A DNA stretch of 64,000 nt. It comes from Candidatus Poribacteria bacterium. GTDB lineage: Bacteria; Poribacteria; WGA-4E; PCPOR2b. Each line of letters starts with the position of its first letter. The first letter of the stretch is position 1. The stretch spans positions 4,288,001-4,352,000 of the forward strand of contig OZ242351.1 of assembly GCA_965208675.1 (NCBI GenBank), in the 5' to 3' direction. Shown piece by piece: positions 1 to 9,192 of this stretch. A model generated the notes under the pieces. The model was not told where the DNA came from, did not search any database, and saw only the letters and a program-made list of their open reading frames with translations. Position numbers and translations under genes: made by a program.

Positions 1-66
1 ACGCCGCGGCGAGAGATTTTTGAGTTTCTGAAGAACTTGCCTGTGCCAATTTTCATGGAGTGCTAG
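1..66 (+). CDS. 3' end of a CDS truncated by the window edge (tentative)
   Basis: Open frame TPRREIFEFLKNLPVPIFMEC* ending in TAG at 64-66, converging on the M28 gene; too short to identify. Confidence 0.35.
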   Translation, partial: TPRREIFEFLKNLPVPIFMEC

Positions 67-134
67 ATTTTGTTGATTCACAGCTTCACCTGATTCGTAG
101 CCCCACAACATTGCGCTATATGTTGAACGGTTCT

Positions 135-1127
135 TTACAACCCCCGATAGACAATATCTAACACTAAACGTCCGACGACTTCCAAGCTGTGAGGGCTGCA
201 TTTATCCGGTGTATCTTCAATTGTATGCCAATAAGGGTAGCTGAAGTCGATAATATTTACAGTTGGAACGCCCGCCTCAATGAGTTGTAGATGATCATCC
301 ATTACCGCCTCGCCTAACCGACGTTGAAACTCGGAGAGTCCGATTTCCTCGGCGCGTCTCCAAATTGCCTCTGTCAACTGGCGGTCCGCATTCCAAGAGT
401 AGAGTTCCATGGGCAACTCTAAATCGCGGTCGCCAACCATGTCCAAGAGTATACCAAAATCCGCTGACCACCTTCCCATATTTTGTGCGAAATATCGAGA
501 TCCAAGAAACATGTCCGAGACCGTTTTCCCATAATCTTCGCCGTCAAACAAAACGATGATGACTGGAGTCGCAGGTGGATTGGATTTTAATATGCGGGCA
601 ACCTCAAGAAGAACAGCAACTCCCGATGCCCCGTCGTTAGCGCCAAGAATCGGTGTGTTACGGTTCGCCGGATTTGGATCCAAGTCCGCAAATGGACGCG
701 TATCCCAATGAGCGGCGAGGAGCATTGTTCCGCCCCCGTTGCCTCCGAACCGGGCAAGAATGTTGTTCATTTTTATAGATTGGTTTTGTTGGCGGTACTC
801 AAATGGCTGGAGCACAGCCTCTTCGGCAAATTTTTCAAGTTCAGCGAGGAGATAAGCCTGGGTTTTTTGGTGCGCGGCGGATCCGGGGAATCGCGCGCCA
901 AACTCGCACTGCTTTTCCAGATATGCAAAGGCGCGTTTTCCACTGAACTCCTTTTCGTTAATTTGGCCTTCTGCTATACTGTTCGGCGAGGCTTCAGCGG
1001 AAGCTTCCAATCTTGAAATAGGTGTTAACTCCCACCGAATTACGCCGAGCAGGAGCAAACACAACACACTCCATAGCAACAGTTGCCTAAGTTGCTGAAC
1101 CAATGGAATCATAGGGTTTATCCTCAT
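135..1127 (-). CDS. M28 family Zn peptidase / glutaminyl cyclase-like, N-terminal membrane anchor
   Basis: Motifs AHWDTRP, GANDGASGVAVLLE, FDGEDYG, LDMVG, DDH and YWHT typical of M28/QC; hydrophobic N-terminus; start overlaps the recR stop. Confidence 0.9.
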   Translation of the reverse strand: MRINPMIPLVQQLRQLLLWSVLCLLLLGVIRWELTPISRLEASAEASPNSIAEGQINEKEFSGKRAFAYLEKQCEFGARFPGSAAHQKTQAYLLAELEKFAEEAVLQPFEYRQQNQSIKMNNILARFGGNGGGTMLLAAHWDTRPFADLDPNPANRNTPILGANDGASGVAVLLEVARILKSNPPATPVIIVLFDGEDYGKTVSDMFLGSRYFAQNMGRWSADFGILLDMVGDRDLELPMELYSWNADRQLTEAIWRRAEEIGLSEFQRRLGEAVMDDHLQLIEAGVPTVNIIDFSYPYWHTIEDTPDKCSPHSLEVVGRLVLDIVYRGL

Positions 1128-1723
1128 ATCTGTCGACGGCCTTCTAAGGCTCTGGCAAGTGTGACTTCGTCTATATACTCGAGGTCGCCGCCTGCAGGTA
1201 TTCCGTAGGCAATTCGAGTAATTGAGATACCTAGGTCTTCGAGAAGGTTTTTCAAATAAAGCGCAGTTGCTTGCCCTTGAGTCGTGTAATTCGTTGCCAC
1301 GATTACCTCTTTGATATCCTCATTTTGAATTCGCTTGAGTAGCGCATCAATTTTGATGTCTTTAGGCCCAACGCCATCCAAAGGCGAAAGAACGCCCATG
1401 AGGGTATGGTATAAGCCTTTGTACTCTTTTGTACGTTCAATCGCCAAGAGATCGTCAGGTTCCTCTATAACACAAATTACTTGGCGGTCGCGTTCGGCAT
1501 CTGTGCAAATGTAGCACGGGTTTCGATCCGTTATGTTGCCGCAAGCTGTACAATGGAATAGGCGGGTTTGGACATCAGTAATGGCGCGCGCCAACTTTGT
1601 TGTTTCCCCATCCGGCAATTTAGTCATGTAAAACGCCAGGCGTTGGGCGGTTTTCGGACCAATCGTAGGCAACTTCTGCAGTTCGTTAATTAATCTAGCC
1701 AGAGGTTCAGGGTAATGTAGCAT
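1124..1723 (-). CDS. recR: Recombination mediator RecR
   Basis: HhH LPTIGPKTAQRLA, C4 zinc finger CTACGN..CYIC, Toprim (ITRIAYGIPAGGDLEYIDEVTL); dnaX-ybaB-recR synteny. Confidence 0.97.
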   Translation of the reverse strand: MLHYPEPLARLINELQKLPTIGPKTAQRLAFYMTKLPDGETTKLARAITDVQTRLFHCTACGNITDRNPCYICTDAERDRQVICVIEEPDDLLAIERTKEYKGLYHTLMGVLSPLDGVGPKDIKIDALLKRIQNEDIKEVIVATNYTTQGQATALYLKNLLEDLGISITRIAYGIPAGGDLEYIDEVTLARALEGRRQI

Positions 1724-1749
1724 ATTGGTATTGAATTTGTATTGTTCAT

Positions 1750-2058
1750 TTACATGAGTCCTGGAATTTTTAGCCCTCCAGTCAACTTTCCCATTTCCTG
1801 GTTCATTAGTTCTTGCGCTTCGTTTCGAGCTTCATTTGCGGCAGCGACAATCAGGTCTTCAAGGATTTCCACATCATCCGGGTCAACTACATCGGGTGAG
1901 ATTTTTATCGATACCAACTCCTGCTGGCCATTGACGACGGCTGTTACCATGCCGCCTCCGACCGTTGCCTCGACAGTACGATTGGCAAGTTCTTCTTGGA
2001 TTTCAAGCATGCGTTTTTGCAGTTGTTGCGCTTGTTTCATAAGATTATTCATCTTCAT
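1750..2058 (-). CDS. ybaB: YbaB/EbfC nucleoid-associated protein
   Basis: MKQAQQLQ..GGGMVTAVVNG..DVEILEDLIVAAANEA; lies between dnaX and recR. Confidence 0.95.
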   Translation of the reverse strand: MKMNNLMKQAQQLQKRMLEIQEELANRTVEATVGGGMVTAVVNGQQELVSIKISPDVVDPDDVEILEDLIVAAANEARNEAQELMNQEMGKLTGGLKIPGLM

Positions 2059-2343
2059 TTTGATTACCTTTCAATAATTTTGTTTACTTACCAACTTGCG
2101 CGAAGTCTACAATAGACACCTTTCCAAAATAATTCCACCGCCCGATAGCCCCAGACGGGATCTTCGATCGTCAAATCGAAGATAGTTTTTTCAGACAAAT
2201 AGAATTCGCCGTTACACATCAACATCTAGCCCCAGCGGGGCGGCAGGTGTAAAACGGCTACCCTCACATTGGGCTAATACGCTGTAGGGGCAGGTCTTGT
2301 GCCTGCCCAAAAAACTTTCCTCTAACCTTATGCGCTCAAACGA

Positions 2344-4161
2344 CTATTTGGGTTCAATTTTAAGTATCCTTGCGTCAAAAAGATTGAGTGTCGGGGCTAA
2401 TTGTGAGTCTCGTTCAACTTCAGCATGAAACATAATTCCGGTTGGTTTCTGTGTGGTTTTCGAGGTCTCCATCGAATTCGTATCAGAGGGCCCGCCGGTA
2501 GCAACGAACTCGATTTGGACGGGATGTCCAATTAAACCCCTCAAATGTTTTACAACAAGAGTTTTATCATCCTCATTGATAATGGATTCGTTCGCCAAAG
2601 CGGAGTTACAAGCAATTTTCAGATTTGGAACGGTTTCGGGTGCAGGACCGTTGTTTTCTTGATAGGGTAGAAGCGTGGTCGCTTTAAGGAGCGAAAATAG
2701 CGCCATATTTTCGGCCCGCAATGATTGCAAAACCTGTCCCCAAACATTCTCAAGTTGCTTTGAATCGCCAAGCATAGCGTAGTCATGCGTGCGGCTGGAT
2801 TTGTCGTTTGTGTCAGGCTCAATCGTGTCATGGTGATACGTGGACTGTGGATCCAAATTCGAGTCTTCCCCCAAAGATAAGGGAGCAGACGGACGCTCGA
2901 ATTCAGACCTATTGGATTGGTCGCCAGTCAATTGGGGATCAATTTCACGCGGTGAAGGATTGGTTTGATTTTGGGAAGCGCTGTGCACGGCGATTTTGTC
3001 TTCAATCTCCGAAAGCCTGCCGGCAATCTCTGCGAGTTGAATACCCTCTTGAATGGAGCACATATCAATCACCGCAGATTCAAGGTGGACTTGAGCATAC
3101 CCGTGGCGCTTAATCTCGCTATGTGTTTTAGTCAAAATTTTAATTATCCGGGATAAGCGCTCAGTGGTAGTTTGGTCTGCTTGTTCCCGCATGCGATTGA
3201 GTTCCGATTTCGAACCTTGGATCAAATTGTCCAAATTTTTGTTAATAGCTAAAATTCTTATCTGTCTAAAGTGTGTAATGAGTTGGTGCAAGCATTGGAT
3301 TAAATCCACACCCTGCTTTGCTAGTCTGGTGAGGGTTTGAAGGGATTCAGATAATTTGCACTCCAGAACTGCTTGAACCAGCTCATGGATGAGGTGCGAC
3401 GATCCAAATCCCAAAATTTGGTTAATCTTCTCCGCCTCCAACGTATCGCCAACTGATGCAATAAGACGTTCCAACAGGTTTTCGGCGTCCCTGAGACAGC
3501 CTTCCGATTGTTCCGCAATCGAAGAAAGGCCTTCGTCGTCAATGCTAATATCTTCAGCGGTGCAAATGCTGCGCAGACGGTCGGAAATCTGTTCCAATTC
3601 CATGTAGCGAAAGTCGAAATCTTGGCAACGGGATATAATTGTCTTGGGAATTTTGTGGTGTTCCGTTGTTGCGAGAATGAAAATGACATGCGGGGGAGGT
3701 TCTTCAAGCGTTTTCAACAGGGCGTTGAATGCTTCCTGGGTAAGCATGTGTGCTTCGTCAATGATATAGATTTTGTAGAGATTGGAAGCCGGCGCTAATT
3801 TTACATTTTCTCGAAGTTCGCGGATTGGATCAATCCCTCGATTGGATGCGGCATCCATTTCGATTACATCGAACGATCTGTCTTGAGAGATTTCCACACA
3901 AAACTGGCATTCATTACAAGGTTCAGCAGTGGCTCCCTGTTGGGAATCAGTCTCTTTGCGGCGGTTGGGGCAATTCACAGCCTTTGCCAAAATGCGTGCA
4001 ACCGTCGTTTTGCCGGTGCCCCGCGGCCCCCAAAATAGATAGGCATGTCCAACCCTATCGGAGAGAATCTGGTTTTTCAGGGTCTGTATGACATGCGTTT
4101 GACCAACGACATCTTCAAATAACCGGGGGCGCCACTTCTGCGCTAGTACCTCATAGGACAT
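2344..4161 (-). CDS. dnaX: DNA polymerase III subunit gamma/tau
   Basis: MSYEVLAQKWRP start (ATG at 4161), Walker A GPRGTGKTT, DAASNRG, IIDEAHML, SRC motif. The longer ORF-track start (4368) overlaps the SRP RNA and is rejected. Confidence 0.96.
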   Translation of the reverse strand: MSYEVLAQKWRPRLFEDVVGQTHVIQTLKNQILSDRVGHAYLFWGPRGTGKTTVARILAKAVNCPNRRKETDSQQGATAEPCNECQFCVEISQDRSFDVIEMDAASNRGIDPIRELRENVKLAPASNLYKIYIIDEAHMLTQEAFNALLKTLEEPPPHVIFILATTEHHKIPKTIISRCQDFDFRYMELEQISDRLRSICTAEDISIDDEGLSSIAEQSEGCLRDAENLLERLIASVGDTLEAEKINQILGFGSSHLIHELVQAVLECKLSESLQTLTRLAKQGVDLIQCLHQLITHFRQIRILAINKNLDNLIQGSKSELNRMREQADQTTTERLSRIIKILTKTHSEIKRHGYAQVHLESAVIDMCSIQEGIQLAEIAGRLSEIEDKIAVHSASQNQTNPSPREIDPQLTGDQSNRSEFERPSAPLSLGEDSNLDPQSTYHHDTIEPDTNDKSSRTHDYAMLGDSKQLENVWGQVLQSLRAENMALFSLLKATTLLPYQENNGPAPETVPNLKIACNSALANESIINEDDKTLVVKHLRGLIGHPVQIEFVATGGPSDTNSMETSKTTQKPTGIMFHAEVERDSQLAPTLNLFDARILKIEPK

Positions 4162-4290
4162 GAATTCGCCCTTCAAATAATCGGGGTGGAGAAAACCTTC
4201 GAGAGAGACCTCAACGTACGGTATAGATTGCTCTGATTCGGCATCAAATCCGATGATAGAAGAAAGAGGAGAGAAGACGTGGAATATCTT

Positions 4291-4562
4291 GGCTATGCAC
4301 CCGAGGTTTGACGCGCTCTCCCAAGCGTTACCCGAGCAGTTGGCTCCGATTAGGCTGTCCTGCGTCACACCTGAAGATTTATCTGCCGCTGCTTCTTTCC
4401 AGACCTGACGGGGTTTGATAAATTCAAGTTGCTCAGGACCTAATCTTCAACACCACTTACATGGGCCGGACCTCAAAAGAAACACGCCGCACCCTAGGAA
4501 TTCAGCCCTGCTATAGCGGATTGCAGATTCAGGGCACCGCTACCTCCCCGCATAGCATAGCC
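4291..4562 (-). ncRNA. ffs: Signal recognition particle RNA, large (Bacillus-type, Alu + S domain)
   Basis: Minus strand reads GGCTATGCTATGCGGGGAGGTAGCGGTGCCCTG..CAATCCGCTATAGCAGGG (Alu domain) and contains CCGTCAGGTCTGGAAAGAAGCAGC (helix 8); 5' GGCTATGC pairs with 3' GCATAGCC; lies upstream of dnaX as in many bacteria. Confidence 0.93.
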
Positions 4563-4960
4563 AAGGTCTTAATGAGGACAAAATGGCGGCAAATACAATC
4601 AATAAAAGTTCTTGGTTTACTGCGCAGTTTCAATCTTCCACAGGCCTACCAAGATTCGTGCAGCTTAAAAACCTGTTTGAAAATTCATTCTATACCGCCC
4701 CAGAGGGCTTACTATTACCCACAAGTCCGCAAGGTCGGATAGTGTACGGGTTTTCTCCCCTCAATCCTGACGTAATCGTGCTGTGAATCCCCTGTGGGAA
4801 GGGCTTCCTAGCCCTGATTATCGGGACAGGGATGTCGCATCCTTTTCACGCCGTGTGAAGTATTCTGGGAATTCGGAAGTCCGCTTACACTTCGCTAGCA
4901 TGGCACTTTCGTTTCACGACGGCGGTGTGGTGATGATTCATATTGGCTGTACGGCTTCGT

Positions 4961-5206
4961 TCAAGATTGTGAAACGGTAGATTTATATCTCACCAAACGG
5001 AAAACGCCCTTCGACGGTTTGTAAACCTTTTCAGGGTATTTTTCGACAAGTTTCCACACGCAGCCGTTAACCGTTTTTGGATGAAAGGTTGGGTCTGATT
5101 CCTTAATTTTGGACAGAAGTTCTGACCAACGGAGCCCCTCCGGGTGGTTTTCAAGCAAATCAATTGCTATCGCGTTGATGCGTCCTGTAACTGTAGATTT
5201 GCCCAT
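4961..5206 (-). CDS. Small hypothetical protein, winged-helix-like
   Basis: 81 aa, ATG start with upstream GGAG; pattern LLENHPEGLRWSELLSKI..TVNGCVWKL..KPSKGVFRL resembles a wHTH with a wing. Confidence 0.7.
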   Translation of the reverse strand: MGKSTVTGRINAIAIDLLENHPEGLRWSELLSKIKESDPTFHPKTVNGCVWKLVEKYPEKVYKPSKGVFRLVRYKSTVSQS

Positions 5207-5310
5207 ATATTAAAACAGCAATCAAACTCCATTTATCCGGTGGGTACAAATAGCGACTCGCTTTTTCATCCCTTGCCTGCCTTCATAAAGCCAGCGAAAA
5301 CGATACATTT

Positions 5311-5466
5311 TAGGACTTACGCAGTTCAGTTTGTAGTAGCGCAATTTATTGCGCGTCCCGCAGGTTGTTCACTTCCTAGTACGCCGCCTGACACATTGTT
5401 TATTGTAAAAACGGGCAATAAATTGCCCTACTACGAACCTTTGGACGTTCAACTGTGTAAGTCCTA
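5311..5466. mobile_element. MITE-like element with terminal inverted repeats enclosing an inverted REP-like pair
   Basis: TAGGACTTACGCAGTT ... AACTGTGTAAGTCCTA (16 bp, 1 mismatch); internal GTAGTAGCGCAATTTATTGCGC and GGGCAATAAATTGCCCTACTAC. Confidence 0.75.
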
Positions 5467-5579
5467 GCATTAAATTCAACGTACCCATGGCAAATGGCGG
5501 AGCAACCCAAATATTTCCACTCCACTTTATTATGCGGCGCTGCTCAAACTGTCCTTGCTAGAGGGAAAATTAATATGGA

Positions 5580-5702
5580 TAGAACTTACGCAATAAGTTC
5601 AAAAGTCCCCCTGATAAGGGGGATTTAGGGGGTTAAAAACACTGAAATAACGACTATTTAAGTCCAATATTTCCTTTTTCTGCTAAATTTGCGTAAGTCC
5701 TG
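5580..5702. mobile_element. MITE-like element, same TIR family
   Basis: TAGAACTTACGCA ... TGCGTAAGTCCTG, flanked by direct repeat ATGGA (5575-5579 and 5703-5707); internal CCCC-TGATAA-GGGG hairpin. Confidence 0.7.
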
Positions 5703-5791
5703 ATGGAAATAATTGGGTTTGCCGCGCGAGTCGGGTACAAAGCGCGAATGCCGCGCCATTCGGCGCCGTCAACGCGCCAAATAATATTAGG

Positions 5792-5879
5792 CGGAGAGAG
5801 TGGGATTTGAACCCACGGTACGGTTTCCCGTACACATGATTTCCAGTCATGCCGATTCAGCCAGCTCTCGCATCTCTCC
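5792..5879 (-). tRNA. tRNA-Ser(GGA)
   Basis: GGAGAGA acceptor, anticodon arm CATGA-CTGGAAA-TCATG, long variable arm, GTTCAAATC T-loop, G73; CCA not fully encoded. Confidence 0.96.
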
Positions 5880-5945
5880 GGTAAGCTGATGCAAGCAGGG
5901 AAAATCAAACAGTCTGATTACCCAAAAAACATTGAAGGAAAGTAA

Positions 5946-6017
5946 TGGAGCAGACGGGATTTGAACCCGTGACCTCATCCGTGCGAGGGATGCGCTCTCC
6001 CTCTGAGCTACTGCCCC
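5946..6017 (-). tRNA. tRNA-Ala(CGC)
   Basis: GGGGCAG/CTGCTCC acceptor with G3:U70, A73, anticodon arm CATCC-CTCGCAC-GGATG. Confidence 0.95.
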
Positions 6018-6023
6018 TTTAGG

Positions 6024-6111
6024 CGGAGAGAGTGGGATTTGAACCCACGGTACGGTTTCCCGCACAGCAGTTTTCGAGACTGCCCGATTCAGCCAGCTCT
6101 CGCATCTCTCC
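6024..6111 (-). tRNA. tRNA-Ser(CGA)
   Basis: Anticodon arm GCAGT-CTCGAAA-ACTGC, long variable arm, body nearly identical to tRNA-Ser(GGA). Confidence 0.96.
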
Positions 6112-6117
6112 GCAATT

Positions 6118-6567
6118 TCAATTCCGGCGATTCTGAAAAAATGATTTGAGAAGCCTGCTGCTCGCTTCTTCTAAGACACCGGATGTAACATCTACTTGGT
6201 GATTCAAACGTCTATGTTGTAACAAGTTGAACAGCGTCCCAGCCGCTCCCGATTTGGGATCGGGAGCGGCATAAACAAGGCGCGGTATGCGAGCCAAAAC
6301 AATTGCGCCCGCGCACATCGGACATGGCTCCAACGTCACGTACAGGGTGGTGTCAATTAACCGCCAATCGCCAATCTTCCGAGAAGCCTCTCGTATAGCG
6401 ATCAATTCGGCGTGGGCTGTTGGGTCGTTGGTCTGTTCTCGGAGATTGTGTGCGCGGGCAAGTTCCACGTCATTTCTGATAATGATCGCTCCGACGGGCA
6501 CTTCGCCGCGCGCAGCCCCTTGGCGCGCGGTCTCAAGCGCTTCACGCATCCAGAGCAGATCCGACAT
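6118..6567 (-). CDS. tadA: tRNA adenosine(34) deaminase TadA
   Basis: GEVPVGA, DPTAHAE, LYVTLEPCPMCAGA, DPKSGAAG; ATG at 6567 preferred over TTG at 6579. Confidence 0.95.
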   Translation of the reverse strand: MSDLLWMREALETARQGAARGEVPVGAIIIRNDVELARAHNLREQTNDPTAHAELIAIREASRKIGDWRLIDTTLYVTLEPCPMCAGAIVLARIPRLVYAAPDPKSGAAGTLFNLLQHRRLNHQVDVTSGVLEEASSRLLKSFFQNRRN

Positions 6568-6655
6568 AAAACCCCGCAAGCCAGATGGTAGCTTCTCGAT
6601 TCCGACAATTTGTGCCGTTCACGGAAAATCCCTACCTGCCGCGCAAAGAGAAATA

Positions 6656-6729
6656 AGCGCCTGAGAGGATTCGAACCCCCGACCTTCTGATCCGTAGTCA
6701 GATGCTCTGATCCACTGAGCTACAGGCGC
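6656..6729 (-). tRNA. tRNA-Arg(ACG)
   Basis: GCGCCTG/CAGGCGC acceptor, anticodon arm TCTGA-CTACGGA-TCAGA, GTTCGAATC T-loop. Confidence 0.96.
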
Positions 6730-6736
6730 ATAATCA

Positions 6737-6824
6737 TGGCGGAGAGGATGGGATTCGAACCCATGGTGGCTTGCGCCACAACTGCTTAGCAGGCAGCCCG
6801 ATTCAACCGCTCTCGCACCTCTCC
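6737..6824 (-). tRNA. tRNA-Ser(GCT)
   Basis: Anticodon arm GCTGC-CTGCTAA-GCAGT, long variable arm, encoded GCCA end. Confidence 0.96.
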
Positions 6825-6838
6825 AGAAGTATACTGAA

Positions 6839-6926
6839 TGGCGGTGGGAGTAGGATTTGAACCCACGGTGACTTTCGCCACAACGGTTTTCAAGACCGCC
6901 GCATTCGACCACTCTGCCATCCCACC
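6839..6926 (-). tRNA. tRNA-Ser(TGA)
   Basis: GGTGGGA/TCCCACC acceptor, anticodon arm GCGGT-CTTGAAA-ACCGT, long variable arm, encoded GCCA end. Confidence 0.96.
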
Positions 6927-6941
6927 TAAAAACGGTAGGTA

Positions 6942-6971
6942 ATTGTACCAAAATTAAACAGTCGTTGTCAA
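6942..6971 (-). promoter_or_regulatory. Sigma70-type promoter of the tRNA/tadA cluster
   Basis: Minus strand TTGACA-N18-TACAAT with TGG before the -10, about 15 nt upstream of tRNA-Ser(TGA). Confidence 0.7.
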
Positions 6972-7429
6972 TGGAAAATCAGGCGGCGAATGCGCACTTT
7001 TTGCGTTCTTACGACCCGTAATTGCGATTCCGCGCCTACGCATTTTTGTTCCGCACGAACAGCCGAATTTTATTGCGGAATCGCACGAATTGCCTGTCTT
7101 ATCCATATTCTTAAGCCTCGACCTCTTTCATTTATGAGAGCGGCAATCGAAATTCCCCCCTACAAGAATCCGACCCCTGTAGGAGCGATCGTCGAATGGC
7201 GGTACGTATTCGCTTTCCCGCTCAACCCAACCTATAACCTCCCCTAACCGCTCCTTAGTAAGGAGGGGAATGATTATTGGAAGGAGCCGACAGGGCGTTC
7301 TCACTGTAGGAGAGGCATCCCTGCCTCGACAATCGGGAGAAGGATTTCCCGCCCACACCGTGGCTTCGTGCGAATTTCTGGACTTGTGGGTAATAGTAAG
7401 CCTACTAAGGGGGGCGAGGGGGGGGTTAG

Positions 7430-7594
7430 GTTCTTGTAGGTTGGGTAGAGCGGATAATCCCATATCCGCATCAATGGTAAGTTCCCACTCTTAATAACCA
7501 TACGACACCATTGGCAAAATTGCTGTAGCGAAACCCAACGCTTTTGAAACCTCCCGACCACCAAAAGCTATAGTAGTCCTCCCCCTTACTAAGG
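7430..7594 (+). repeat. 165-bp direct repeat, copy 1 (GTAG-REP-like element plus hairpin)
   Basis: Matches 7874-8038 with 4 mismatches by manual comparison; arms GTAGGTTGGGTAGAGCGG ... GCGAAACCCAACG. Confidence 0.9.
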
Positions 7595-7873
7595 GGGAGC
7601 TAGAGGGGGTCATACACGCTTCGTCAGGAATCGGAATTCCCTCCTGCCGACAACCTACTGTAGGACCAATCTCCAAATCGCGGCCTTTATGTGAAACCGC
7701 GTTTTTTCTTCAAAACTCGGTTTCTTAATCGCAGCAAAACCTGTATTTAGCCCCAGCGGGGCGGCCGGTATATAGAAAACACAGTAACCCCCACCCCAAA
7801 GCCCCAGCGGGGCGACAGGTGTATAGAATGCAACATCTTCGTAGATTGTGTGGATCCGACCACTAAATCGTCA

Positions 7874-8038
7874 GTTCTTGTAGGTTGGGTAGAGCGGATA
7901 ATCCCATATCCGCATCAATGGCAATTTCCCACTCTTAATAACCATACGACACTATTGGCAAAATTGCTGTAGCGAAACCCAACGCTTTTGAAACCTCCCG
8001 ACCACCAAAAGCTATAGTAGTCCTCCCCCTTACCAAGG
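7874..8038 (+). repeat. 165-bp direct repeat, copy 2
   Basis: Matches copy 1 at 7430-7594. Confidence 0.9.
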
Positions 8039-9192
8039 AGGATCAACTGAGCGAACAGCGAAGGATTAACCGGCCGAATAGGGAGGGCGATAGTCCTCTC
8101 CTCTCCCGTGTTCTCCGAAACTACCACCGGTCAACGATACACGTTCCAACTCCCAAAAAACGCCGGGTTAAGCTTCATCAGATTTAATCATGTACGCAAT
8201 CAAAGCAGCTACCGCTCGCCGCATACTCGCGTTCGTTCGTCAAAACCGATCTCCCAACCCACAAGTGCTCTGCCTATCGCTTGACTGCCACACCCCACAT
8301 CTGGTACATTACCAACAATTTCAGGATTTCCAACTCGACCAGATCGCCATGGGTTTTCCACCTTAAGACTTTTTCATCCTTATCCAAACGATGGGGGTAC
8401 GTTCAGGGGGGAGCGTTAGTCAAGAAGTCTTGATTTTGTGGTCGCGCATTCTATGCCAAGCGATTGTCTAATCCAATACGGGGAAAAGCAATCTACACCA
8501 TAATATTGCTAGGATTCTTGTAAGTATTCGCGGTAAAGGTTTTCAGGGAGAGATAACGGCACACCATATTCGTCTCGTATCTTAAAACTCTCCTTTGCTT
8601 CCTTTAGTAGTTGTCTTAGCTCCTGTTTATTTCCTCAATCATGCCTTCTTTCCTTCAATGCGGTGCTTCCAAAACGCACGATAATGCAAAAAATTTAACC
8701 TATTCAACACGTGTTCTTCCAAGCAAGGGTTTTAAAATCGTGCGCGAGAGATTTGATGATCCCGTAAGATGAACACTGATCGTGCTTTTGTTAAGCAGTT
8801 AGATTATTTCTTTCCGTTTGCCCTAGGGAATCGTTGTTGTACGCATCTATCGGTAGTATGTGATCTCTGTACCGAGCCAGGAAGCGCTAGTCGTCTGGAG
8901 CACGCCGTGTGCATCAGTCATTACAATAGTCGGTCAGTTTGGAATCCGGCGTAATTACCGGGGATACCGGCGAAAATCCGGTCTTCAATAATGAGACCGA
9001 GGCGGAATGCAAGGCTTACAATGGGTTGGTCAAATACGCGATCTCTTCGCATCACACAGTCGGAATGAATGGGGAATGCCAGCCGGCGTTTATCAAGCAA
9101 AAAATCGCGGCCGGATTAATCAATATTCTTGAATCGCTTGCTACACAGTGTTGTGTAGTCGTATCGTGGACGGAAAGGATGCACACCGCAAT

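Noticed and set aside
4162-4368. 69-aa N-terminal extension of DnaX in the ORF track
   Set aside because: It overlaps the SRP RNA; the conserved DnaX start MSYEVLA begins at 4161.
5654-6951. Small ORFs 5654-5908, 5847-6065 and 6619-6951
   Set aside because: They are translations of tRNA genes.
7301-8127. Paired ORFs sharing GGFKSVGFRYSNFAN-type peptides
   Set aside because: They arise from the 165-bp non-coding repeat; frames and starts are not conserved.
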